Positions 20,015-28,307 of a DNA stretch of 37,717 nucleotides are shown in pieces (the stretch's first letter is position 1; each line of letters begins with the position of its first letter). Origin of the DNA: a virus (Duplodnaviria; Caudoviricetes); IMG/VR virus record IMGVR_UViG_3300031836_000033, positions 1-37,717 of that record; one strand, written 5' to 3'. The translations under genes were made by a program, and so were the position numbers. The notes below the pieces were generated by a model that was given only the letters and a program-made list of their open reading frames with translations, ran no database searches and had not been told where the DNA came from.

Positions 20015-20406
20015 TACACACCTCGCACTTTGGCAAAGCCGGCAGGGATGGTGATAACGCCACCCGCTACGACTGGAATAGGAACAGGCAGGGCGGCCAC
20101 GGCCAATGCGGCGCCGCCGGTTGCGTTGCGCACGCTGTAATGGGTTGCCGTGTAATTGGCACCTGCAGCCGCGGCCGGGAATGTGATATCCGCCGCATTG
20201 GCACCTTCCCAGAATGCCCCGGCATCGGAGGCGGTGAAGGTCGCAGACTGGCGAGCGTAGTTCGCGTCGACCGCTTCATTCGCATCACCTGTTCCGGGAT
20301 TGCCTGCGTGCAGTGCGATCGTCCAGCCGGTTGGCCGGGCAGCGACAGTCTCGGCAGTGAAGAACTGCTTAACAAACTGCTCGCTGATATATTTTGGAGC
20401 CGCCAT
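20014..20406 (-). CDS. Small virion structural protein (130 aa)
   Basis: GAGG SD; IALHAGNPG...YARQ...ITFPAA pattern of phage tail proteins. Confidence 0.7.
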   Translation of the reverse strand: MAAPKYISEQFVKQFFTAETVAARPTGWTIALHAGNPGTGDANEAVDANYARQSATFTASDAGAFWEGANAADITFPAAAAGANYTATHYSVRNATGGAALAVAALPVPIPVVAGGVITIPAGFAKVRGV

Positions 20407-20416
20407 AGCTGCTTCC

Positions 20417-20929
20417 TCAGATTACGTTAGTGGGAATGTAGGTCAGGCCGCCGGACATCTGCGCGGTGCTGCCTGCGGTTACCGGCTTGGGACTGGTAAA
20501 GCGCACGCACGACAGGACCAGGCCGCTGTTACCGCCCTTGGTGCTCTCCGATACCAGGATGGCGCCGAGAATGCTGCGGTCTTGGGTAAAGGTGAACTCG
20601 GCCTTGCTGGCCACGTTGTCCAGCGTGTCGTTACCGTCATACAGGCGATTCCACACCGGGCGCGTAGCCTGGGTGTAGTCGATGCATTCGCCCATGTTGC
20701 TGGGGATGTCCGCCGCCACCGTCGCATCGGTCGGGATATAGTTGCCAGTGAACAGGCCCAGATAGAAGGTGCTGATCGGGCTCACATCACCGAACGGGGC
20801 GCGCAGCAGGAACGCAAGGCCTGCCTTCGGGATCAGGTTCTTTTTGATTTCGCGAGCAGTAGGACGACCATCAATATCAAAGGTCTGGATGTCCCACACA
20901 AAGCCATTCACGCCAAGTCCGTCTTTCAT
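20417..20929 (-). CDS. Small virion structural protein (170 aa)
   Basis: ATGA coupling at MKDGLG; KNLIP, FYLGLF and KAEFTF motifs. Confidence 0.7.
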   Translation of the reverse strand: MKDGLGVNGFVWDIQTFDIDGRPTAREIKKNLIPKAGLAFLLRAPFGDVSPISTFYLGLFTGNYIPTDATVAADIPSNMGECIDYTQATRPVWNRLYDGNDTLDNVASKAEFTFTQDRSILGAILVSESTKGGNSGLVLSCVRFTSPKPVTAGSTAQMSGGLTYIPTNVI

Positions 20930-22086
20930 TCGATTATCTCCAGATCCCAATGATCAGTTGAACGCAGCCCGGAGCCTTTCGTCTCGCCGCGCAAAGTGGT
21001 GACAACCATCTGGTTGCCGTTGTGTTCGATAAAGCCGGCTGCGCCCTGGCTTGCGATATCAGGGGCATAGCTGGCACGGTTAATCAGTTCGACCGAGCCG
21101 TCTTTGCGTCCGATCACCTGACCGTATTCGCAGAACCACGCCGCCGAGCCGTCAGGCAGCAGCACTGCAGACCCGGCAACGGCGCCGAACTCAAGTACCG
21201 TGCGCTGCACTAAATCAGCCCCGCCCAGACCTGCAATGAAATAGGTTTTATCGGCGCAGACGAACAGCCCACCATCGACGGAAATAATCACGCCGATAGC
21301 GGCCGGGAATTGCAGGAAGTCCGACTCAGGATTGTGCAGGTGCGCCAGCATTGGCTGGGTATGGAACAGGTACTTGTCCCATGCACCGACCAGCATGGCG
21401 CCATGGCTGACCAGTCGCGTGCAGTACGGCAAACGATAAAGTCCGGCCGTGGTCAGGCGCTCACTGTCGTCATACGGACGGCCGAGCAGATTGGTTGAGT
21501 AGGCTTTGCCCTGGCTGTACAGCGTCGAGCCATTGGCCACACTGCAATACAGGCGGCAGTCACGATCATCGGTCACGTTGACGCGCAAGCCTTGACCTTC
21601 GCCCAGGCTGACGATCATCGGCAGGCAGCCCGACTCAACGCCCTGAATGGCCGTCACGCCTACCTGATAGACGCCGGCAGGAAAGCTGCCCGCCACTACC
21701 TGAATATCAAATACCGGCGCAGTGACTGCCCACGGCAGGACGTTGGCGCCGATACGCAGGGACTGATCAAAGGTATTGAGGAACAATTCATTGTTGTGCC
21801 AGCACGCCGCAATAGGGCCATCACCGACCACCGCCAGCTCAGTGTTGCCGCGCAGGGTGATGCGAATCAGCTTGTCACCGGCCACCAGGGCAATGTCGCT
21901 GCCCATTTCAAACAGCGCTCGCACATTCGCAAACCCGGCAACCAGTTCAAAGCCGGTACGCAGCTCTGCTTTACCGCCGACAGTGAAGTCCAGATTGACC
22001 GCTTCGACGACCTCGCCTTCGGGTAGCCGTTCAGGCTTGGCGATGTTGTTGGAGCCAGTGAAGGTATCGCGGCGCGGCATATCCAT
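20926..22086 (-). CDS. Putative tail nozzle or tail tubular protein (386 aa)
   Basis: FTGSNN...EAVNLDF..GGKAELRTG N-terminus; follows the adaptor gene. Confidence 0.55.
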   Translation of the reverse strand: MDMPRRDTFTGSNNIAKPERLPEGEVVEAVNLDFTVGGKAELRTGFELVAGFANVRALFEMGSDIALVAGDKLIRITLRGNTELAVVGDGPIAACWHNNELFLNTFDQSLRIGANVLPWAVTAPVFDIQVVAGSFPAGVYQVGVTAIQGVESGCLPMIVSLGEGQGLRVNVTDDRDCRLYCSVANGSTLYSQGKAYSTNLLGRPYDDSERLTTAGLYRLPYCTRLVSHGAMLVGAWDKYLFHTQPMLAHLHNPESDFLQFPAAIGVIISVDGGLFVCADKTYFIAGLGGADLVQRTVLEFGAVAGSAVLLPDGSAAWFCEYGQVIGRKDGSVELINRASYAPDIASQGAAGFIEHNGNQMVVTTLRGETKGSGLRSTDHWDLEIIE

Positions 22087-22724
22087 TACAGACCCCCGTA
22101 CCGGATAGATCCGGAGCGACGGCCAGCCGTAGCAGTCTCAAAGTATTCCTGACAGGCCTGATCGAACTCCGCGAGGAAGTTTGCCGACTTGGCAGGGTCG
22201 AATATCTCGGCATCGTTCACCCGGTAGGCACGATGCTTCAGGTACAGCAGTAGGTGCTCACGCTCATGCACGGGCACATCCGGTATGCGCTCGCTCATCC
22301 CTACAGGCCTGATCGGCCGGCGGATAACCTCGAGCTGTATCTGGTTGGCAGCGACAAACGGGGGATAGACGCGCAGGTCCGTGTTATCGACCACGACAAT
22401 CTTGGGCATACCCGTGCGCGGCAGATCCCGTTGCCGGGTATAGCCAGGCGCTTGCACTTCCAGATCGCGGCCATTGGCGCCGACCGTATAGGCCTGCACC
22501 ACATCAATAATGCACGCATGCCGAGGGAATACACTCTCCCCGGCTGCGCAGTCGATCAAGGTAAAGTCACTGGTCGAGTCGTAAATGCTGCGCGTCTTCA
22601 CGCAGAAACGATCGATAGCCTGATTCACCCAGCGGATAAGCTGGGTATCAGACCAGAATGAATGCTTGGCCTCATCCTTCTCGTCGTCGCGGAAGGCCTC
22701 GACCAGATCCTTTACGGTTTCCAT
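22086..22724 (-). CDS. Head-tail adaptor protein (212 aa)
   Basis: FWSDTQLIRWVNQAIDRFC and HLLLYLKHRAY...DAE motifs. Confidence 0.65.
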   Translation of the reverse strand: METVKDLVEAFRDDEKDEAKHSFWSDTQLIRWVNQAIDRFCVKTRSIYDSTSDFTLIDCAAGESVFPRHACIIDVVQAYTVGANGRDLEVQAPGYTRQRDLPRTGMPKIVVVDNTDLRVYPPFVAANQIQLEVIRRPIRPVGMSERIPDVPVHEREHLLLYLKHRAYRVNDAEIFDPAKSANFLAEFDQACQEYFETATAGRRSGSIRYGGL

Positions 22725-23122
22725 CAGTCTTCCAACGAATCTTGAAAGACACCAAAGGCGTCGTCATACATCTTCTTGGTGACACTGAAGCCAGCCAGCT
22801 CGCTGATTATCTCAATCTTGGGCCGGCCGTCGCCTTGCAGGTCATCGGGGTTATCCGTGTCCAGCACTTTGCCGATCGCATCAACAATCAACGACTGCTT
22901 GGTTGTCGCATCGATCTTGGCCGGCTTGGGCTCATCGATGCCGACAATGCCGCAGCCGCGCGCAATGGCTTCTTTGCGGAACAGGACAGGTATATGGGTG
23001 CCTGGCTTGCCGTCGGGTCCAACTTTGTACACGCGGCAAGCGTGGCCGGAAGTCATGGCAATATGAGTGCCTTCGCGCTCATCGCCTTCAGCAGGTAAAA
23101 AACGAACATTATCTTTAGTCAT
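22724..23122 (-). CDS. Hypothetical head-region protein (132 aa)
   Basis: Start at MTKDNV; C-terminal DGRPKIEIISELAGFSVT; TGATG coupling. Confidence 0.7.
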   Translation of the reverse strand: MTKDNVRFLPAEGDEREGTHIAMTSGHACRVYKVGPDGKPGTHIPVLFRKEAIARGCGIVGIDEPKPAKIDATTKQSLIVDAIGKVLDTDNPDDLQGDGRPKIEIISELAGFSVTKKMYDDAFGVFQDSLED

Positions 23123-23140
23123 GGTGCGCCCCAATCAGTT

Positions 23141-23168
23141 GAAGAAAGGGCCAGGGTTACCCGGCCCT
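23141..23168 (-). terminator. Intrinsic terminator after the capsid operon
   Basis: Minus strand AGGGCCGG-GTAAC-CCTGGCCCT followed by TTCTTC. Confidence 0.6.
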
Positions 23169-23174
23169 ATCGGT

Positions 23175-23576
23175 TTAGCCTTGAGTCCATTCAGACTTCT
23201 GGATGTCGATGTACTCCACCACCAACGTCAGCGCACCTGTAGTGGCTGCGGCGCCGGTACTGGCATACGTCGCCAGGATGTCGCCCTTGTTCGGCATCAC
23301 ATAGCCGCTAGGGATCAACGCCTTGGCACCCAGGGTTTTCAAGTCCAGCGGAGTTGCGGTGTAACGGTCCTCGTCCGCCGCATCACCCAAATCAAGCGTG
23401 GCCGTGGTCGCGGCGTTAAACACCTCGGTCACCAGCACAGAGCCGCCGGTAACAATGGCGCCGTCAGGCAGCTCGACAGCAGGCTGAACAGCCCCACCAT
23501 CCACAATGTCCGCCAGACTGATCATCACGACCGCCATAGCCAGGCATTGACGGTTGTAGTTCTTGGTAATAGCCAT
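23175..23576 (-). CDS. Capsid decoration or cement protein (133 aa)
   Basis: AGGAG SD; LPDGAIV..VTEVFNAATTATLDLG pattern; follows the capsid gene. Confidence 0.7.
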   Translation of the reverse strand: MAITKNYNRQCLAMAVVMISLADIVDGGAVQPAVELPDGAIVTGGSVLVTEVFNAATTATLDLGDAADEDRYTATPLDLKTLGAKALIPSGYVMPNKGDILATYASTGAAATTGALTLVVEYIDIQKSEWTQG

Positions 23577-23634
23577 AATGCAATTCTCCTGCGAAGCCGG
23601 GCCTACTGACCCGGCCTCACGTTAGGGGCAGCCC

Positions 23635-24741
23635 TTACAGGCCCAGCCAGTGATCGATGGCCAGCACGCCGAAGTCTTCGACCGACTTGTCGTAGATGCT
23701 GTAGAACTTGGGCTTGAGGAAGCCCAGCATCTTGTCGATCGACACACCATGCTTGCTGTCGTAGTCGAACTTCTTCTCGACCCACTCAGGAACACCCAAG
23801 TCGGCCATGCCCAGCGCTTGAGCGCCGCACAGCAGAGTACGGGTACCATTGACGAGGCCAGAAGCGCCCCACTTGTCGCCATCGGCAGCGCCAGAGGTGC
23901 TGTACACCAGACGATGCTCATGGATGACTGCGCCATCGATGGTCACGGTGCCGCCAGTGAACCAAGGCGACTTCATGCCATCCTTGGTCGCCACGCCGAC
24001 AACGGCGCGCTGGTAGTCCGCATCCTTCTTGAGCTGCGCCAGGGTGCCCGGCTGAACCAGCAGGACGTAATACTCCTTGCCACCGGACATCAACGGCTTG
24101 ATGTAGTGGGTCTTGGCGTAGGCAACGGCGTCCACGATCATCTTGTAGCTGGCGGTAAACGCCGTGGTGATCGCAGTGGTGTCGCCGGGAACCAAAGAGG
24201 TGCCGTTCCACGAACGATGACGCTTAGACGAGGGGGCTGACACGTCGGCGGCAAAAGACAAGTTCGGGAACGGCGAACTGCCGCGAGCAGAACCATCGCA
24301 GTTGAATGCGTAGGAAATGCCCGACAGGGATAGCATGGCCAACTGATCGCAACGGTTGCTCAACCAATACGCCAAGCGGCTCTTAGCCATTTCACGGAAG
24401 TTGATCACCGTCTTCTGGTCGGCCATCTTGCCCTTGTTCTTGACCTGGTGGCTGATGAGATCGATGTTGATGACCTGGGAGTAGGACATCATTTCTTCTT
24501 CATTGCCTTCGCGCTGGTCGTCACCGATGATGCCGTCCTCAACCAGATCCGCTACCAAGTGCATTAGCACCTGCTCGCCTTTCTCGGTCTTGGTCAGCTC
24601 GGTAATGCGCTGAATCAAAGCACCGTCGCCGGTACCCAGGAATTTCTTGATAAACATCCCGTCGCGGGCAGCACTCCACACATCACGCGACCAGACGATT
24701 TTCTGCTGCGGCGTTAGCCGAGCGAAGTTGGTAACAGCCAT
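23635..24741 (-). CDS. Major capsid protein, N4-gp56/DUF4043 type (368 aa)
   Basis: AAGGAG SD; IQRITELTKTEKG, EGNEE, LLCGAQAL and DFGVLAID motifs. Confidence 0.9.
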   Translation of the reverse strand: MAVTNFARLTPQQKIVWSRDVWSAARDGMFIKKFLGTGDGALIQRITELTKTEKGEQVLMHLVADLVEDGIIGDDQREGNEEEMMSYSQVINIDLISHQVKNKGKMADQKTVINFREMAKSRLAYWLSNRCDQLAMLSLSGISYAFNCDGSARGSSPFPNLSFAADVSAPSSKRHRSWNGTSLVPGDTTAITTAFTASYKMIVDAVAYAKTHYIKPLMSGGKEYYVLLVQPGTLAQLKKDADYQRAVVGVATKDGMKSPWFTGGTVTIDGAVIHEHRLVYSTSGAADGDKWGASGLVNGTRTLLCGAQALGMADLGVPEWVEKKFDYDSKHGVSIDKMLGFLKPKFYSIYDKSVEDFGVLAIDHWLGL

Positions 24742-24949
24742 GGCTGTTCTCCTTGTCGTCGATAAAAGTTGTCAATGCGTTTTGGGATGTGTCGCCACCC
24801 GAGCGAAAACGGACGTTTAACGTGTCCGAAGCGCTGCATATTTACGTCTGCCGACGAGGTACGCTGTGTCTCAGCGAGCGAGCAACCGAAGCTGCAGGGG
24901 GTAAAACAGGTGACCCGAAGGCCACCTAATCACTAGAGGAACACTTGCC
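24742..24949 (-). ncRNA. Putative structured cis-regulatory leader of the capsid mRNA
   Basis: Two UUCG hairpins and four tandem TCG/GCG...CGT(T)AAA or GACACA units with loop-complementary tails. Confidence 0.45.
24903..24927 (-). terminator. Terminator-like hairpin in the capsid leader
   Basis: Minus strand AGGTGGCC-TTCG-GGTCACCT-GTTTT. Confidence 0.6.
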
Positions 24950-24977
24950 AATAGATGTGACTGAATTGAGCTGTCAA
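24950..24977 (-). promoter_or_regulatory. GTCACA-box promoter copy 3 (capsid)
   Basis: Minus strand TTGACA-GCTCAATTCAGTCACA-TCTATT. Confidence 0.65.
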
Positions 24978-25975
24978 GCCACGAAGTCGCCGCGTGCTTT
25001 CTTCTTCTCAGCGTCCGGCAGGTTCTCGAACTGATCCTCGGTCAATGACTCGTAATCAATCTTGTTGGCACGCTCACCCAGGCCGGCACCGCGCGCAGGT
25101 ATCCGCTCTGAGCGCTCAATGTTGCGCTCGAGTTGGGCTTTGCTTGGCTTGGCTGGCTCTTTGTTATCTGTGTCGCCGTCCTCACCGACATAGCGCTGAC
25201 CGACCTTGTTAGCCGCCAGGGTGATCGCCTCTGCCGCCGACATATTCTTGTCGCGGATGTAGTAGTTGCGCAGCGCAAGCACCTCTTCGACGGCCTCTTC
25301 GTTGTAGTCTTTACCCTTGTCGTCCATGAACGGATACTTGGCAATCGCCTCACTCGATGCCTGAGCAACAGATACTTCCTGCTGCTTTAGCCGCTCTTCC
25401 TGGCGCAGGCTTTCTTCCTGTTCAGTTTTGGCCTTGAGCTTGGCTTCTGCCTTGCTGTCGGCCAGGCGCTCCATCTGCTCCATGCGCGCTGCTTCGATCT
25501 CGTCTTCCAGCTTCTCGGCAGCGTCGTGGTCGCCCTCGTACATGGCTTCACGCAGCTCCTTGCGCTTGGTTTTGAAATCAAACTCGGGAGCCGCCTCGGG
25601 CTCGGGATCGGCCGCCTTGGCCGCTGGCTTCTCGCCACGCAGGCGCGCCATTTCTTCTTCGAGACGCAGGCGCTCGGCACGCTCGATCTTCCACTGCTCG
25701 TTCACTTCATTGAAGCGCGCGTGCGGAACACTGCGAGACTTACCATCACCGGCCAGCTCGGCCAATGCGTCAGCGTCGAGATCGTCATCACCCTTGTCGT
25801 CAGCCTCGGCGTCTACCTCTTCAGCCTCGTCATCCGGCAGGTCAGGGTCCACGTCGTCGCCGCGATCCTCTTCGTCCGGATCAAACTCGCCCTCTTCCTC
25901 TTCTTCCTCTTCCTCGATGTCCAGCGCATCCAGGCGCATCGACTCTAGCTCTTCTTCGTTATATTGCTTGCCCAT
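24974..25975 (-). CDS. Head scaffolding protein (333 aa)
   Basis: Very acidic and coiled-coil; VPHARFNEVN motif; lies between portal and capsid. Confidence 0.75.
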   Translation of the reverse strand: MGKQYNEEELESMRLDALDIEEEEEEEEGEFDPDEEDRGDDVDPDLPDDEAEEVDAEADDKGDDDLDADALAELAGDGKSRSVPHARFNEVNEQWKIERAERLRLEEEMARLRGEKPAAKAADPEPEAAPEFDFKTKRKELREAMYEGDHDAAEKLEDEIEAARMEQMERLADSKAEAKLKAKTEQEESLRQEERLKQQEVSVAQASSEAIAKYPFMDDKGKDYNEEAVEEVLALRNYYIRDKNMSAAEAITLAANKVGQRYVGEDGDTDNKEPAKPSKAQLERNIERSERIPARGAGLGERANKIDYESLTEDQFENLPDAEKKKARGDFVA

Positions 25976-25998
25976 GGGTCAGCCCCCTCGGTTGTTGG

Positions 25999-26166
25999 TT
26001 ACTTCTCGGTTAAGGCCTGCATTTCTGCCTGCTTTTTCTTTGCCAGCGCTCGCACTGCATTCATGCGCTTGGGATCTTTCATGATCTTCTTGGCATCCAG
26101 CACGGTGCGAAGGTCGTCCTGTGCCTGATACTCCTTGTCCATTGAACTCATTGCGGTTGCCTTCAT
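25999..26166 (-). CDS. Small protein (55 aa), not in the ORF track
   Basis: ATGA overlap with the portal stop; MKATAMSSMDKEYQAQDDLRTVLDAKKIMKDPKRMNAVRALAKKKQAEMQALTEK. Confidence 0.7.
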   Translation of the reverse strand: MKATAMSSMDKEYQAQDDLRTVLDAKKIMKDPKRMNAVRALAKKKQAEMQALTEK

Positions 26167-28307
26167 GCTGGTACTCCATCTATTTCAGGTGTTCGGATAC
26201 CTTCAGACAGGCCGGTGCCGGCACTGGCTGGGGTAGAGGGGTCATAGTTGGTCGGTGCAAATTCCGTTGTTGGCGCCGCCTCGGCCATGCCGTCGTATGC
26301 GGGCACGATCGGCGCAGCGTCCTTGTCCTGAAAGCCGGCCGACTTGAGCAGGGTATCTGCCAGCGGTGATGTCGCAGGCGTAGCGGCAATAACGCCGGCT
26401 GCCTGCATGGCGCTGTACAGGGATGACACCGCCTCCTTCACGCTCTGGTTCTGCGTCTTGTCGGTCTGCGCCTTCACCAATGCAATCTTGGCGTCCATCA
26501 TCGGATCGGAATTGCCCTGCGCCTCGATGGCGTCGATCATTTCCTGCTTGTGCGTCAGGTTGGTGTAGCGCATCACAAACGGCCATGGGATCGGCGCGCC
26601 CTTCTCCAGCAGCTCCATGCACTGAATGAACTGGCTGTTCTGGAACGTCACCTGCAATGGCTGCTCGGTCACCACCACGTCGTACTCGCCCAGGGTCAGA
26701 TCGTTGAGCACGCCTGAGTCGCTTGGCTGGCCCGGCTGTGCAGGCTGGTTGATCGGTACGTCTTCAGCGATCGGACGCCCACGGTCGTCGGTCTTGGTGA
26801 TACGGATGATGCGCGGCTCGTCGTAGAACATCTGAATAAGCTCAAGCATGCGCCCGGCCAGCAAGTGCCGAGTGCGCGCCAGGTTATCCAGTGGTACCGC
26901 GAGCATCTGTTGCGCGGCATGCTGACGCGACTGAATGGCAATACCTGATACCTCGGCACCCTGATTGCCCTGCATGGCGTCGTTCACGCCCGTCGCCTGC
27001 TCCAGAAACTGAGCGCTGCGGTCGACAATGCGGTCAAGGCCAGTCGGCACCTGATTGGGCTGGATCTTGCGCGGCATCTTGTCAGTCGGCGTGTCCTTCT
27101 TCAGCTCGATGTGCAGGCCCGTTTCAGCCCCTCGATCCTCAAGCTCATCGGCGCGCAGGTTGCTCATGGTGTTCGCCCATGTAATCCAGCCGCTATTGGC
27201 CGTGGTATTCACCACATGCAGCGTCTGGTTCATGGTCTTGTTCAGCATCTGCTGCGGACCAATGGCGTTATCCACCAGGCCACGGGTCACGCCACGACGG
27301 AAGAACGGGAAGAACGGCACGACGGTGAAGTGGTTGAAGGGCGACCAGTCATCATGCAAAACGTGACGCATGGTTGTGACGGTCCATCGCACACGCTTCA
27401 TGCGGCGCTTGGTACGGAACCCACCCTGCTCGAGGATCTTGGCAATGCGGTCCTCATCCAGGCCGTCGATGCGCCGAATGTCGCCGGTATCGGTAATCAC
27501 GCAGTCGGTGCTTTCCATCTTCCAATATTGACGGTCCACTACCCGCACGCGCCGCTCGCCGTCGGCGCTGCTCATCACGCCCATGCGGTCATTGAAGCCG
27601 GTATTGTTGTCGCCAAACTTGTTGCGCTGCTCGTCCTCGGTATCTTCGCCGTGGTCTTGCTCGTCCGGGCTTTCCTGCTCGAGCTTCTGCCTGGCTTCAG
27701 TGCCGTACAGTGCTTCGATCTCGTCGTAGGTCAGCCACTTACTGATAATCACATCAGACCAGCTATCCGGGTCATACGTCTTGGCGTCCGGATCAGGTAT
27801 CACATCCATCGGGTCCAGCGCTTCGACTTTGATCTCGCCCAGCATTGAGTCCTGATAGCTGATGGTCAGCTCAAGGTAACCGCGCTGCTGGATCAGGCCG
27901 TCGGCGTATATCTGCGTCTCATGCCAGTGCAGGTCGCAGTTATCTGCAATCTGCATAGCCAGCTTGGACAACGTGGCGCCTACCTCATCTGTCGCAGCGA
28001 TATTGCGCGGCCGGTAGGTGATATCCATGCGGTTGCCGATCTGATACCCCAAGGCCGCGTTGATCTTGGGCATGATCTGGTTGAACTCAAAGCACGGCTT
28101 GCCCGCCTCTTCCAGTGCTTGCCGATCTGCCGTAGACCATTGCAGGCCGCCACCCAGATACATGCCTTCATTGATGCGCGCCGTCTTGCAGAAATCGCGG
28201 TGTCCGCGCTCGCGGCCGTACTCGTAGCGCTGCCAGTTCTTCATGGCTGTTTGAGCGTCGTCACCGGACTGGCCTTGCTTGTTCTCGTCTGTCTTCATGT
28301 CATGCAC
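26163..28307 (-). CDS. Portal protein, P22-like (714 aa)
   Basis: GGLQW...FNQIMPKIN, DPDAKTYD and SGIAIQSRQ motifs; follows TerL. Confidence 0.9.
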   Translation of the reverse strand: MHDMKTDENKQGQSGDDAQTAMKNWQRYEYGRERGHRDFCKTARINEGMYLGGGLQWSTADRQALEEAGKPCFEFNQIMPKINAALGYQIGNRMDITYRPRNIAATDEVGATLSKLAMQIADNCDLHWHETQIYADGLIQQRGYLELTISYQDSMLGEIKVEALDPMDVIPDPDAKTYDPDSWSDVIISKWLTYDEIEALYGTEARQKLEQESPDEQDHGEDTEDEQRNKFGDNNTGFNDRMGVMSSADGERRVRVVDRQYWKMESTDCVITDTGDIRRIDGLDEDRIAKILEQGGFRTKRRMKRVRWTVTTMRHVLHDDWSPFNHFTVVPFFPFFRRGVTRGLVDNAIGPQQMLNKTMNQTLHVVNTTANSGWITWANTMSNLRADELEDRGAETGLHIELKKDTPTDKMPRKIQPNQVPTGLDRIVDRSAQFLEQATGVNDAMQGNQGAEVSGIAIQSRQHAAQQMLAVPLDNLARTRHLLAGRMLELIQMFYDEPRIIRITKTDDRGRPIAEDVPINQPAQPGQPSDSGVLNDLTLGEYDVVVTEQPLQVTFQNSQFIQCMELLEKGAPIPWPFVMRYTNLTHKQEMIDAIEAQGNSDPMMDAKIALVKAQTDKTQNQSVKEAVSSLYSAMQAAGVIAATPATSPLADTLLKSAGFQDKDAAPIVPAYDGMAEAAPTTEFAPTNYDPSTPASAGTGLSEGIRTPEIDGVPA

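Noticed and set aside
23593-23618. Hairpin between capsid and decoration genes as a terminator
   Set aside because: No U-tract; more likely a stability or processing stem
25893-25916. TCC/TCT trinucleotide run
   Set aside because: Encodes the poly-Glu tract of the scaffold protein
25979-26179. 66-aa ORF in the track
   Set aside because: The alternative frame 25999-26166 has ATGA coupling and a more protein-like sequence
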